Of a stretch of 64,000 nt of DNA, positions 1 through 13,558 are shown in pieces. Numbering within the stretch: the first letter of the stretch is position 1; every line of letters starts with the position of its first letter. Under the pieces are notes generated by a model, which was not told the DNA's origin, made no database searches, and was given only the letters and a program-made list of their open reading frames with translations. The translations under genes and the position numbers were made by a program. Origin of the DNA: Felis catus (taxonomy: Eukaryota); assembly GCF_018350175.1 (NCBI RefSeq), contig NC_058368.1, positions 103,542,001-103,606,000 of the forward strand. The letters run 5' to 3'.

Positions 1-726
1 GGAAAATCAGCCTTTCTGTGTAAGACAAAAATTAGTGTTATTCCTTTAGTCTCTGACTTGGAGCATCAAGTTAAGGTGTCCTACTCCTCTATTCATCATA
101 TTTGTAAGATGCAGAAGCCATGAGAATGATGGCCTTGCTGGGGAATTATTTCCTTGCAATGATTTTCAACAATGTCAGAGTTTCCCTAAGGGACCGATAA
201 AGATCAATGAATAAATGTGATGGTGCTCTCGGTTAAGCATTAGTTACTGTGTTTAGGTGTTTTCCCTGGCTCCTCCTGAGGCCACTGAATACCTCTCAAA
301 GGAAAAAATATGCTCCTGATTTGTCTGCCAGGGCCACTATGAAACAGGCTCACCCACATGTGGTGATTTTTCCTCAAATGATTCCATTCTTCCAAAATGT
401 CTATTTTTGTCTATTATTACACTATCTATTGAGTAAATGTCTATTTTTGTCTATTATAACACTATTATTGAGGTAGTTAACATGCTCTATAGTAAGTGTG
501 GTACAATTCACTACTTCCAGGATTAAGTTGAACAATAATATTTACTTTGGGTTGGACCTAGGCCTGAACCTTGGGAAGTTTTACATTTAATTCACACAAA
601 TTAACTTTGACGAGGTAACTGGGATGAAAGCTATTTCTAATAACCTTTCAAAGACCATCATTTTGTGCAGTTTGGTTGGAAATGCAGCTAATAAATATTT
701 TAAAAAAATAAAAGGTGTGTTGGGGG

Positions 727-909
727 GGGGTGGTATCTGGTTGGCTAAGTCCATAGAGCATGCAACTCTCAATCTCGAGATTATGAGTTCGAGCGCCATG
801 GTGGGCATGGCATATATATATACATATATATACATACATGTGTGTGTGTGGCTGTCATATATATATACGTATATATACACAAATGTATACACAAATACAT
901 TAATACTAA
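727..909 (+). mobile_element. Old short Can-SINE with (TA/CA)n tail
   Basis: Degenerate tRNA-like head (tggctaagtccatagagc...gagttcgagc); TSD aaaataaaaggtg on both sides. Confidence 0.75.
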
Positions 910-1286
910 AAAATAAAAGGTGGGATTCTTTTCCTAAAATAAACTTTGTGGCTTACAAGGGCAAAAACAGTCACTGTTTATGTTGGAATGTGTGGCTTAC
1001 AAAATAGGGAGAGTAAAAAATAAGAAACCAGTTATTCATTTATATGATACAGCATAATTAACTTGGATATATAATAGTCATCCTTGAAATCTATGACCTC
1101 AGATTACCAGTTTAAATAAGATGAGGAAAATTTTATAGGAAAGCAACCTAACCAAACATTCTTTCTGTTCTGTGCCCATGCCTCTTCTTTGGGTTTTCTT
1201 ACCTCAATTTATGCTCCATCTGCATTGGGTATTAAGGAAATCTTATTGATAAAGTGTTAAATAGCTGTTAAATCCTATATTTTTGT

Positions 1287-1494
1287 ATTTTTTTAATTTT
1301 TTAATCTTTATTTATTTTTAAGAGACAGAGCATGAGGGGGAGGGGCAGAGAGAGGGGAAGACACAGAATCGAAACAGGCTCCAGGCTGTGAGCTGTCAGC
1401 ACAGAGCCCGACGTGGGGCTCAAACTCATGAAACATGAGATCATGACCTGAGCCAAAGTCAGACGCTTAACCGACTGAGCCACCCAGGCGCCCC
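1287..1494 (-). mobile_element. Can-SINE
   Basis: Reverse of GGGGCGCCTGGGTGGCTCAGTCGGTTAAG, CT-rich segment, A tail; TSD tatatttttgtat. Confidence 0.95.
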
Positions 1495-1809
1495 ATATAT
1501 TTTTGTATCTCTTATGCTGGTTTTGATATCTGTAATTCTAGTTAATGCTTTCAAAAGTAGAAACACTTACTGGTGCAATGACATTTTAAATACCGTAACG
1601 ATTCACTCTCTAGCCAGCACAGGCCTTGGACTGCACTCACTGTCTGGGGCTATTTAGAATTTTCTGAATAACCTTAGACAAATCCTGACTCATTGACCCA
1701 GATAAGCTTCTGAGAATGCTTTATAGTCAGAAGTTGTACTAAGCTTGGAGACGGAAGTGCTCTTTCTTTAATGTCACTTATTACACAATGAAATTATCTT
1801 ATTTTTTGA

Positions 1810-1925
1810 CTAATATGTGTCTCTTCCAACTACTGTGTAAACTCCACAGGGGCATCCTAAAAAGTGCCTGCCACAGTAGATGCTTATGAATATCTGCTGA
1901 GTACCAGAAGGGATGAATGAACAAA
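1810..1925 (+). mobile_element. L2 3' end fragment
   Basis: gtgcctgccacagtagatgct...gaatgaatgaa-like L2 terminus. Confidence 0.55.
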
Positions 1926-2179
1926 TAGAAAAAATCTTACAGTATTTCTGAGCTTTCTAAATGAACAAAGAAGAATGAATGGAAAAGGGAAACACAGCTG
2001 TTTTAAGTGATTTACTCACTACTGATCAATTCCCTTTGAAACCATCCTATTCTCTACTTCAATTATTATAATTTTTCCTTAACACTTTGCACCATTTTTA
2101 AGAATGTTTATGTTTTTATTGTTTTTTCAGTAGTGCCATTACTTCATTTTTACCTTTGATTATTCCAGATAAAAATATT

Positions 2180-2815
2180 TTAAATCTTAGTATGACACTT
2201 CTTTATCCATAATTTATCTCAAGTGAACTTATGTACCAATTGTTATTTCTTTTTTCTTTCTTAGCATTACATGATTTAAAGGATTTTGGAATTTTGATTT
2301 ACAGACTCATTTTGAAGAGGGAAATTTTATTTGGCTGTTGTGTTTTTGCTTTTTATTGCATCTTTGGTGATGATTTTTTTCCCTCTTTTAAAATTTTTAA
2401 GGCTTGTTTTATGGCATAGCATATGGTCTAGAGAATGTTTCATGTGTACTTGAGAAGATGTGTATCTCACTGTGGTTGGAAGGGATCATTCTGTAGATGT
2501 CAAATAGGTCAAGTTGGTTGATAGTGTTTCTCAAGCCTTCTATCTCCTTGCTGATTTTCTGTCCAGTTGTTCTTTCCATTACTGGGAATGGGTATCAAAA
2601 CTTCTACTATTGTTCAATCATCTCTATCTCCTTTCTGCTCCTCCACTTTTTGCTTCATGTATTATTGGCTCTGGTGTTCAGTGTGTGCACATCTATTATT
2701 GTTATATCTTGCTGATATGTTGACCCTGTCATTATGAAATTACTTTCCTTATCTCAAGTAATATTTCTTGTCTCAAAACCATTTTTGCCTGATACCAATA
2801 TAGCAAGTGTAGCCA
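2180..2815 (-). mobile_element. Old L1 fragment (ORF2 endonuclease region)
   Basis: Typical antisense L1 text (atatggtcta..gagaatgtttcatgtgtacttgagaagatgtgtat). Confidence 0.8.
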
Positions 2816-2997
2816 TTCCCATATCACACAGAAAAAAATTTTAAGCAAAATATTTTAACAGTTTACCCAAAACATTTTTTCTACTTTGTTGTGGTGTTTT
2901 TTTTATGAAGTTGTCACCAAACACCTAGTCAGTATATCGATTTAGGAATCGAAAGAAAAGAATTGTATGGTCCAGACTTATCATACTTTGATACATG

Positions 2998-3011
2998 GTT
3001 GCCATAGTAAC
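2998..3011. promoter_or_regulatory. RFX X-box motif
   Basis: GTTGCCATAGTAAC matches the GTNRCC(N0-3)RGYAAC consensus. Confidence 0.4.
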
Positions 3012-3033
3012 ATATGTAAATAATTAATCTTAC

Positions 3034-3091
3034 CATGTGAAATATCTGTGAAGATCATTTTTAATATTTCCCTGTGATGAAGCATTACTGT
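3034..3091 (-). other. Candidate 58-nt internal exon of the same minus-strand transcript
   Basis: Acceptor ttgatttcag|A and strong donor ATG|gtaaga, in unique sequence between repeats. Confidence 0.5.
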
Positions 3092-3573
3092 CTGAAATCA
3101 ACTATAGTGTTCATGAATATAAAGTCTAATATAAACTCCTATTAGGTCAGTCACTTTAACAGTCAAATCTGTAACAATGTTTTCTATTATGTAAGAGCAT
3201 TACGTGGTAAAATATTTGATTTCATTATTCTTTGGAAAAGTTCATAAGCTCAGAAAAATGACTATTTTGGTGAAAGCTTTAAATACATAGAGCAAAGACC
3301 ATTCAGCAGGTTTTGTTTCCATATAATCAACTAAATGGTCAGAGCCTTGAAAAGAAATAACGATAAGCCCTAGAGCAAACCTAGAATAAAATATTTAATG
3401 TATCTTCCCTTACTACTTTCAAGATACGTATTTGCTAAACTACAATCAACATTAACATAGAATGTGTTTCCTTTTTAACAGTATTAGGACTGGGGATGTT
3501 TTTTGCCCAGATAACATTTCATTAGCTTTGGATACAATGACATAGAAACTGAAAATACCATCCTTCTTTAAAA

Positions 3574-3787
3574 TTTTTTTTTCAACGTTTTTATTTATTT
3601 TTGGGACAGAGAGAGACAGAGCATGAACGGGGGAGGGGCAGAGAGAGAGGGAGACACAGAATCGGAAACAGGCTCCAGGCTCCGAGCCATCAGCCCAGAG
3701 CCTGACGCGGGGCTCGAACTCACGGACCGCGAGATCGTGACCTGGCTGAAGTCGGACGCTTAACCGACTGCGCCACCCAGGCGCCCC
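3574..3787 (-). mobile_element. Young SINEC_Fc-type SINE
   Basis: CpG-intact, near-consensus; TSD atccttcttta. Confidence 0.96.
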
Positions 3788-3807
3788 ATCCTTCTTTAAA
3801 AAGATAA

Positions 3808-4720
3808 CAAATATTTACTAAGTGTCTACTGTGTGCAAAACCCTGTACATAACGCGGGATATACATGGATGCACTCAAAGAGCTTTCTGGCTGGTGAGGC
3901 CATCTGCAGGTAAAACATGGCATAGTAAGTGTTGTGACGGGAACATGCACAAGGAAGAATAATCAGCTGTGGGGCACCTGAGAGGGCCTCCAGGAGGACC
4001 AGTGATAGAAGTATGGAATGGTAAATGGCAGTTCTTCAGGTGAAGAAGAGGGAACACAAAAGATGTCCCAGGCTGAGATAGGAGCATGCATTTTAAGCAG
4101 AAGATATCCACTAAAAAGAAAAGTTTATTGCAAAGGGGCAAAACTGGTCTGGAGTGAGGTAATAAACATCTTACTATAAACCAAGGTGAGAAAGAAGATG
4201 GCTTGTTTTTAAGTAGTATGAATGGATATAATGAAATATGCATCAATTACAGAGCTTTAGGGGGGAAACTGACATGGCATGTTCAATTTCTTGAGTGTGC
4301 AGGCAGAGAGGGAGGGAGGTGAGGAGAATTTTCAGAGAAGTGGTTTGAGTAAGATTAATAGAGTGCCATTTACTGAAATTAAAAATCAAGAATAGTGTGT
4401 AGTTATTGGAGAAGGAGTAAACAGCAGGGGTTTTCAGGATGAGTCCGTACAACAAGGTAATAAATTTGCTTTTTAACATGTTTTAGTGGAGATACCTGAT
4501 ATCTAAATTGTTAGATAAATTCATTCTGAATCTTAGGAGAGAGAGTCCTGGTAATTTTTAAATCATCATATGATAGGCTGAAGCTATCAAATTATCTATA
4601 GACACACCATGTAAGAGAGTCAAGGATAGACCTTGAAAAATTTATCAGCAAATCTTAAGAAGAGGAGCCAGTCATGACATTCTGAGTGTAGAAAACCAAG
4701 CAGGGCTAACGTCCCAGAAG
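3808..4720 (-). mobile_element. L2 fragment
   Basis: caaatatttactaagtgtctactgtgtgc is the reversed L2 3' end, followed by a purine-rich L2 body. Confidence 0.6.
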
Positions 4721-4930
4721 CCAAAGAAGAGTTAGCTACCACCTCTGCAAATATAAGGTGGGTGCTTTGTCTTTTGGTATACTTAGTGACATGAATAAAA
4801 TCAGAACGCTTGGAAGGGTTCTGACTACTATCGTATCACACATAGGGAATTGAGAATTCAGTATGCCATACACAGCCAGCATAGGAAACTCTCCCTCCCA
4901 TTTGAAACAACACAGAATAAAATAACTGAA

Positions 4931-5266
4931 TATGGAAGAGTAGCATAACATGCCGCCACAACATATGCCACTCTGGCATATTGATTATTTTCAGCTGTAG
5001 ACACTTGAAAAACAGCAAACACAGGGGCAGGCTTTCTCTGAACTCCCCTCATCTACCCAAACACCAAGATCTTCCAGAAGGAACTCAACTGTCTTAATCC
5101 TTCCCCAGGACAGTCTTCAAGCAAGATTGATTCTTAATCATAAGAGCAAAGACTAGAAGTCAACATACTTTATCAAAGACTTTCATATATCCATCTACTC
5201 TCTAAGGACCAGATACTTTATCACAAACTTTCATATATATGGGGTGTGTGTGTGTGTGTGTGTGTG

Positions 5267-5306
<40 letters not shown>

Positions 5307-5817
5307 TATATATACACATATATACACATACATATATATATACATATACACATATACACATATATAGATATACACACACATATATATGTATATATATACA
5401 CATATATATGTATATATATATATACATACATATATATACATATATATGTATGTATATATATATATATATATATACATACATACACACCATATATCCAGAT
5501 ACTTTATCACAAAGTTTCATATATCCATCTATTATTCTCTAAGGACCTGTTCACCTTTCCTAAAAATCATTTACTCTCCCCTGACAGGCCCACATCCTCC
5601 CTCCCCTTTTCCTGTTAAGGTGGTATATAAGCCTGAATTCTAAAGCCATTTCTCTGAGTTACTCATTTTCCCCTTGGTATCTCTGTTGCGTCCAGGAAGT
5701 ACATATGCTACTAAAGTTCCATTTGTGTTTCTCTTGTGAATCTGTGTTTTACCATGGGAGGTCTCAGCTAAGAATTCATAAGGGTAGAGGAAATAATTAC
5801 TTTTCCACCCCTGCAAC
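4931..5817 (+). mobile_element. MER34-like ERV1 solo LTR
   Basis: 5' atatgccactctggcatattgattattttcagctg, TATA-like tatataag at ~5624, 3' end ...ttccacccctgcaaca. Confidence 0.7.
5233..5495. repeat. Compound (TG)n(CA)n(TA/CA)n microsatellite
   Basis: Directly visible; source of the spurious ORFs at 5202-5643. Confidence 0.98.
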
Positions 5818-7023
5818 AACAAATTGAAATGTACTGCGAAACTTTCAAAAAAGAAAAAATCTTCATGGGCCAAAACTGAAGGGCCAACTCAAAGCCAGAG
5901 AGAAGAATGCTCCCACTCTAAAGGCAAGTAAGCAGTCCAAAGAGATATTGGAAACCAAGGTGCAAACTAAAGGCTGTGCAGCTTTAATACCTGGTGGAGA
6001 ATGTGAGACAAGGCATTAGTTCTATATACGTGCAGTTATTTATTATGAATAGAACTTTCTGCATAAATCCATGACCACCCATCACCAGAGCCAGAAGTAA
6101 CACTTTACTGGAAACTGAATCTCTTAAAAGTGACTTATAAATAATTTCAATACCAATCTGCAATATATGCAAGTGAGAACTGCACATACAAGCTATCAGA
6201 TAATTCCTGAAAACCCAAAGTAGGGCTTGCTTCTCAGAAGCTCACAGGTTCCCAAAACAGAAGAAGGTAAATCCACCACCATCTGAAGATGCACTCATAA
6301 CTGTGCCCTTAAAATGAAAACGTATTTCCCTGAAGAAGACTATCCACTAAAAATTATGAACCACATGAGGACACGAGCCATTGTAGGGAGGTTCAGGAGA
6401 CAATAAATAATCACACTATTTTTAAGAGGGTGAAGCAAATTCCGCATCTGCTTTCTGGAGCTGAGCTGTGAGGTAGAGAGTAAAAAAGAAGAGCATCCTG
6501 TATGGATTTAAGAGAGAGAATTGATTATGTTTATGTGCTGATAAGAAGAAACAGCTTTTAGGAAGGTGAAACTGAAATCATCTGAAAATGGGACAAGAGT
6601 CAATGCTAATATGTTTCTGAAGAAATACTGAAGCATAAGCGGAGAAATGAGACTTAAACAATAGGAGAACAACTATTTTGCAAAAAAGGAAATATGATGT
6701 GAGAATAAATCTGTGGGAAAGAGGGACAAAAAGTAGAGAAGTTTTCAATTTCATAACATCGTCTCACTTAATTCTTGCAACAACAGTGGGATTCTGATAC
6801 TGTTACTAATCTCAGAAAATGTGTTGTTGAGTTATGTGCCCAATTTTTCTTCTATTAAGGGCAAATCTGTGACTCTAATCTGGGTATTTTCTCCTCATAA
6901 TACTATGCAAACCTCATCCAATAAAAATTTTAGCGAAGCTCAAACCCTATAGAGATGACTTTAATATATCAGCAGGGAAAAAGATCAGTTATTTTTGACC
7001 CCTCGTATATATATATATATATA

Positions 7024-7225
7024 TTTAACATTTACTTATTTTTGAGAGATAGAGACAGACCTTGAGCAGGGGAGGGACAGAGAGAGAGGAAGACACAGGA
7101 TCTGAAGCGGGCTCCAGGCTCCAGGCTCCGAGCTGTCAGCACAAAGCCGGACATGGGACTCAAACCCACAAACCGTGAGATCAGTCCAGGTGGGATGCTT
7201 AACCGACTGAGCACCCAGGCGCCCC
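7024..7225 (-). mobile_element. Can-SINE
   Basis: Reversed SINE head ending ...caggcgcccc; (TA)n next to the tail. Confidence 0.93.
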
Positions 7226-7642
7226 GTGCCCCTTATTTAACAGATGAGGGCATTATCCTGCCGTTTTCCCAGGACAGGCCAATGTGCTGCACAAGCCATA
7301 AAACAAGAGCCATACACTAAAAATAAACACAGAGATTGTGCTGACAGTACAACTAGATAAACTAACATCACTAATGTACACATTAATGATGCTTAAGAAC
7401 AAATGAGTCATGTGTCACAGAAGTGACCATTTGTGCTGCATCATGTGCAGACATACAATTGTACATGCTAACAGTTTCGTTTATAACTATTACATGGGTC
7501 CCTGTCTCTTCCTTTAGCTTTCAGTTTAAGTTCTATCTTAGATCTACTTTAAACGTCCAATTGAAAATAGGTTTGTGCCCTTAAATTCTATCATTATATA
7601 TCTCTCCATAATATATCCTAGATTAAAACCCGTTATTTTTGG

Positions 7643-7879
7643 GGGGTGCCTGGGTGGCTCAGTCAGTCGGTAAGCATCCGACTTCAGCTCAGGTCGTGAT
7701 CTCGCGGTTCGTGAGGTTGAGCACCACATCGGGCTCTGTGCTGACGGCTCAGAGCCTGGATCCTGCTTCAGATTCTGTGTCTCCCTCTCTCTCTGCTCCT
7801 CCCCCACTCAACTCTGTCTCTGTCTCTCAAAAATAAATAAATATTTAAAAAAACTGAAATAAATAAAATAAATAAAAAA
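7643..7879 (+). mobile_element. Can-SINE
   Basis: ggggtgcctgggtggctcagtc head, A-rich tail. Confidence 0.95.
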
Positions 7880-8279
7880 CCCATTGTTTTGTAAAACAAC
7901 TTCTAACACACTGATATTTGAAACGCACAAACTCAAGATATCAAAAGTTAGTTTACAACACATTACTTATTTGGGTGCCTACTATCAACTAAATATTGTT
8001 ATAGGCATGAGAAAACAGCAATGAATAAGGACACTAAGTCTCTGTCTACATAGAGCTTCATTCTAGATGGAAATGGGAATAAGATTACAATACAAATTGA
8101 ATTAGTATAAAACAATACTAGTATGCTATAATATTGTGTAATAATATAAAATCAGTATAATGTAATGCTGAACATAATATATACTATACTAGATACATAC
8201 TATAATGATAAAAGAACTAGAAATGAAGAAGCAGAATAATTTTTGAAAATTGTTCATGTTTCAAGCAACCAGAGTTGAG

Positions 8280-9354
8280 AAATCTTGTAGTATATATATA
8301 GTTGGGTATTCAGAGTGTATTTCTTCAGTACTGGACCCAAAATATCCCGAAAATACATGTTGCTCTGGTTCCACCTAACCAAGATTAAAGGTAACATTTT
8401 AAAGAATCAAAATGTTCTCAAGTAATTAAACTGCATCTCTAAACAAAGCACAAAAGTGTACAAAGAAGTACAAAAAAATACCTAGCACCAACTTCATAAA
8501 ACAATGCTTGTATCAGATAAAAAGTTACCAGACATGTAAAGAAGCCCATAATGAGAAAATCAATCAATACAGACTGAAAAATAACAGAGATAATAGAATT
8601 AGAAAAAAAAGATTATAAACAATTACAAATATATTTCCTATGTTTAAAAAAAGAGAAAAGCATGAGTGTAATTAGAAGACATATTAAAAAATACCTGAGA
8701 TATACACTGGAAGGGATTTGTAGCAGATAAGCATCCCAGAAGAAAAGATTAGTCATCCTGAAGATATAAAATAGAAAATAGGGGCACCTGGGTGACTCAG
8801 CCAATTAAGCCTCTGAGTCTTGGTTTCTGCTTAGGTCATGATCTCACAGTTCATGAGCTCAAGTCCCACCTTGGGCTCTCTGATGTCAGACTGGAGCCAG
8901 CTTTGGATCCTGTCTCCCTCTCTCTGGCCCTTGCATGCTCGCTCGCTCCCTCAAAAATAAATAAACATTTAGGGACGCCTGGGTGGCTCAGTCAGTTGAG
9001 CATCCAACTTCAGCTCAGGTCATGATCTCATACTCCATGAGTTCGAGCCCCGCGTTGGGATCTGCACTGACAGCTCAGAGCCTAGCACCCACTTCAGATT
9101 TTGTGTCTCCCCCTGTCTCTGCCCCTCCCCTGCTCATACTCTGTTTCTTTCTCTGTCTCAAAAATAAATAAAAACATTTTAAAAAAATTTTTTTAATACA
9201 CATTAAAAAAAAAAAAGACAGGGGCACCAGAGTGGCTCAGTTGGTTGAGCATCTGACTCTTGCTTTTGGCTCAGGTAATGATCCCAGGGTCATGGGATCA
9301 AGCCCTGCATCTGGCTCCATGCTGAATGTAGAGCCTGCTTAAGATATTCATATT

Positions 9355-9403
<49 letters not shown>

Positions 9404-10620
9404 CCTCTGCCTCTCTTCCCTACTCACTTTTCCTCTCTCTCTAAAATAAAACGAAATAAAAATTTAAAAATAAAATAAAATAGAAAACATCCAAAACAAA
9501 ACACAGAGAAAGAGAATGAAAAAAATAAACACAGAACTGTGAAATAATAATGAGGGTTCTTATATATGTGTAACTCAAAAAATAATGGCTGAATTTTTTT
9601 CCAAATTCAGTGAATAATAAATCCACAGATCCTAGAAGCTGAACAAACACCAAGCATGATAATATATTTTTTAAAAATTACTAAAGCATATTATAATCAA
9701 ATTGTTTAAAACTAGCCACAAAAACAAAACCCTGAAAGCAGTTACAGGGGTGGGAGTCAGGAGAAAGACAAACTGCATAAGAATAACAAATAATTATATC
9801 ACACATCTTGGTAGAAACAAGACAGAAAACACTGCATTTTCCGAAATTACTTACAGGAAATTATTATCAACGTGGAATCTTATACACAAATTGATTTTTT
9901 TTCAAAATCAGGGCAAGTAAAAGATTATTTCAGGCTTTCCAAAAATTAAAGATTTCATTAACAGCATACCTGCAACTATAAGGAATGTTAATTGAACTGC
10001 TTTAGGCAAAAGGCAAATGATATCAGATGGAAATGTGGATCTACACAAAAGAATAAGGAACACCAGAGATGTAACTATGTGGGTAATTACAAAATACCTT
10101 TTCTCATATGTGTAAAACTCTTTAAAATGATTTACATAAAGCAAAAATAGCAAAATATTGTACAGTTGAGTTAATAGCATGTGCAGAGTTAAAATGCATG
10201 GCAACACTAGCAAACACAGCAGAAGAAGTGAAGTGAGGCACAATATTGTTAGCTTTCTATTTGTGAAATGGTATAATAGTGTAAGATTCCTTTAAGTTAC
10301 ACTGTGATTAGAGATGCATTATATAAACCTTAAAGCAATCACACACAAAAGAAACAGAGCTGACAAGCCAATGTAAGAGATTAAAAAGTTCATAAGAAAT
10401 ACCTAATTAGCTCAAAAGAGAGTAAAATAGGACAAAAAAATGAACAAAGAACAAATGCACCAAATAGAAAATAGCAAGATGGAAGATTTACACGCAACTA
10501 TATCAATAATTGAGTGTAAATGGTCTAAACCCCTCAATTAAAAATCAGAGACTATTAGGTCATATAAAACAGCCAGAGACAGCTAAATGCTGCCTATAAG
10601 AAACCCACTTTAAATATAAA
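8280..10620 (+). mobile_element. Old L1 (ORF1 / inter-ORF / ORF2 start), interrupted by SINEs
   Basis: A-rich degenerate L1 text (aaatccacagatcctagaagctgaacaaacacc; aatggtctaaacccctcaattaaaa; tgctgcctataagaaacccactttaaatataaag). Confidence 0.8.
8781..9480 (+). mobile_element. Three tandem/nested Can-SINEs (heads at 8781, 8972, 9221)
   Basis: Three SINE heads in series; outer direct repeat taaaatagaaaa. Confidence 0.93.
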
Positions 10621-11795
10621 GATATAGATAGATGGATAGATAGATAAATAGATACAAGTAAGAAAAAGTAGGAGAATGCTAATACATAACATTCAAAATG
10701 GATCGACCCAGAATTTGGTGAACCTCAAAAATGCAAATACCAAGCTAGAGACCCAAAGAGCTAAGAGCATCCAAGATCAGACTTCTAAAACAGGTCTATA
10801 AAGCAATTATTTTAAATTTATAAGAGAAAATCAGAGAATTCTGAAAAGACTTCCCATTTTAAAGAATGAAATAGTCTCAAAAGAACATACAGAACCAGAA
10901 AATATGCTGGAAGCTATAGTATTAGGTATTTGATGATGAAAACAAATGTAATTTCTTGTTTTAGTAAGGGAAAACAAAATGCATCAATAAAATTCAAAAC
11001 CTGTTCAAGAAAGCATTATTTAAATAGAAAAAAAATTAAAGTACAACATGAATTTAAATAATAGCGTATAGGAAAATACAACACAATTAAGAACTGCTTT
11101 TTCCACTGGCCTATGGGCTGCAACACTGTAACTGTAGATAAGGTAATATAACACTAGCATATTTCCAGCTTCATCTATGGTGAATGTGTCTGCAAGGTGA
11201 AAATTTAAATTTCAAAGATTGGTTTTGAAATTTTAGATTATATATGATATTCAACAGAAGAAAGATCCAAATTTGGTTAAAGAGCAGAATACAGTGTTTT
11301 CAATCTTGATAATGTTTGAAGGAATAAAATGGATAGAAAAAATAAAGAGAAAAAAAAAAGATGGTAATGGTAAGAAATCAAGAAATAGAATTCTAGACAT
11401 TTATAATAATAGAAGTAAATAATAAAAAATCAAATTAAAAATATACATATATTAATTGGAGAGTAATCACATAAGTAAAAATAAACATTTTTGTAATAGT
11501 ACACAGTCAATAGACATTATCATTGGTAAATCAATCAGTAAATCTATAAACACTGATAGTCTGTCAACATAAGCTCTTCTGTATTATTTGATTTTTCAAA
11601 AATGCCTCAATATTACTTTTACTTTGGCTAATAAAGTTAGCTAAACATCTTCCAACATGTTCATTCCATATCCTGGCCACAATGTCTTTTTTGGTTTCTA
11701 TATTTCCAAGTAAAGAGTCTATACCTTTCAAGACAACTAAATATATTAATCTTACAAATCTCACAAATAATTGGTTATAAAATAATGTAGGCTCA

Positions 11796-12000
11796 GGGTG
11801 CCTGGGTGGCTCAGTCGGTTAAACATCTGACTCTTGATTTCAGGTCAGGTCAACATACCACGATTCGTGGGTTCGAGCCCCACATCAGGTTCTGTGCTGA
11901 CAGTGAGGAGCTTCCTTGGGACTCTCTCTCTCCCTGTCTGTCTACCTCTCCCCTGCTCGTGCTCTCTCTCTCTCTCAAAATAAATAAATATAAAAAAAAT
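11796..12000 (+). mobile_element. Can-SINE
   Basis: TSD aataatgtaggctc at 11781 and 12001. Confidence 0.95.
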
Positions 12001-12756
12001 AATAATGTAGGCTCTTTCCTGATGACAATTTTTACTATGGATGCTGCACTTTAAATAAATGCCTAGAGTATGGAGGAAGGAAGAAGTTATCTTCAGAATT
12101 CAAGGCCCTCTCCATTGTGACCCCACTCATTTTTCAACTTTATCTTCCTCTGAACGTGTACATGAACCATTTCTCACTGCCATATTGAAGCCACATGCAT
12201 CTGTCCATGCCCCACACACACATTCAAAGTAAAATTGAGTACCTTCAATGTGCCAGTCACTGCAGACCATTGGTTATAAGAATATGTAAAATAGAGTCAA
12301 TCATGAGGCACATAACAGAGAATATTTAATATTCAAGAAGAATAACCCATTCAAGGTCCTCTTGATTTCCAAACTGACAAATGCCACCACAGAGAATGGG
12401 AGAGGTAACATGAAATGAAGACGGATGTTAGGGACATCTCAGCTATTCTCCCTCCCTACATCAACCTTGTAAGCTACACAACAGAACTTTTCCTCAGCAA
12501 AGGTACAAATCCACATAAAGGGGTCTTTGGGGAGTCGTGTAAAATGAGTGGAAACTGAAAATGTTAAAACAATGAATTTCAAGGGTATACTTTATAGCAG
12601 AGCTCTCGTCTGAAATTTCTCTCTCCTGATAACCCACCTGATAGTAATCTCCTTTCAGTTCATGAATATTTACTCATATTGTTCATTTAGTCATACAGTT
12701 CATTTAGTCATACTCTATCATAGAAGTACCTGGTAATCTCTTGTTATTTAGCCTCT

Positions 12757-12791
<35 letters not shown>

Positions 12792-13330
12792 TCTGTATTT
12801 TCAATATGCAGACAGCACTGTGTGTTCTTTGTACCCTACAAAGTGTCCAGAGAAACTTTTATACAGAATCAAAGATGAAAAGCTAGGTATAAAAGGTTCA
12901 ATTCATATCAATAACAACAAATTGCGGAAAATTAATCTCTTAATTACTTATTTGAAACCATAATGCAAGTTACTAACTGAAGCTTTCAAAATGATTGGCC
13001 AGTTACTTCATGCCATAAAGACAGTCACCAAAAAACTTACAGAAAGCTTACTCTTTCATAAAATTAATTTTAACAAGGAATGAAACTTAAAAACAGAACC
13101 TAGTAGATATTTCTGCCAATCATATGGGATCTTTTTAACACCTGACAAGTTATTGTATCCATGCTAAAGATTTAGACATCATAAGCCTAAAAATAGTTAT
13201 TCTCATGAGGTATAATTTGTGCTATCAGAAATATGACCCTCTTCAGTTTATGAACCTAATATATGAAAGATGGTAATATTTTATTTCATAAGGCAAATGT
13301 TAATATCATCTTTCATTCCTAGTCAATCTT

Positions 13331-13558
13331 CTTTTTCATTTTTTTTAATTTTTTTAACATTTATTTATTTTTGAGACAGAGAGAGACAGAGCATGAACAG
13401 GGGAGGGGCAGAGAGAGAGGGAGACACAGAATCTGAAACGGGCTCCAGGCTCTGAGCTGTCAGCACAGAGCCCGACGCAGGGCTCGAACTCACGGATCGT
13501 GAGATCGTGACCAGAGCTGAAGTCGGACACTTCACCGACTGAGCCACCCAGGCGCCCC
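13331..13558 (-). mobile_element. SINEC_Fc-type SINE
   Basis: Near-consensus; TSD ctagtcaatctt. Confidence 0.95.

Noticed and set aside
587..688. Possible further minus-strand exon (acceptor tttattag at ~689)
   Set aside because: The acceptor abuts a SINE TSD, there is no convincing donor, and the peptide is unrecognised.
5202..5643. Cluster of 84-124 aa ORFs
   Set aside because: Translations of dinucleotide microsatellite.
7643..7730. tRNA genes suggested by A/B-box motifs
   Set aside because: These are tRNA-derived SINE heads followed by SINE bodies and tails.
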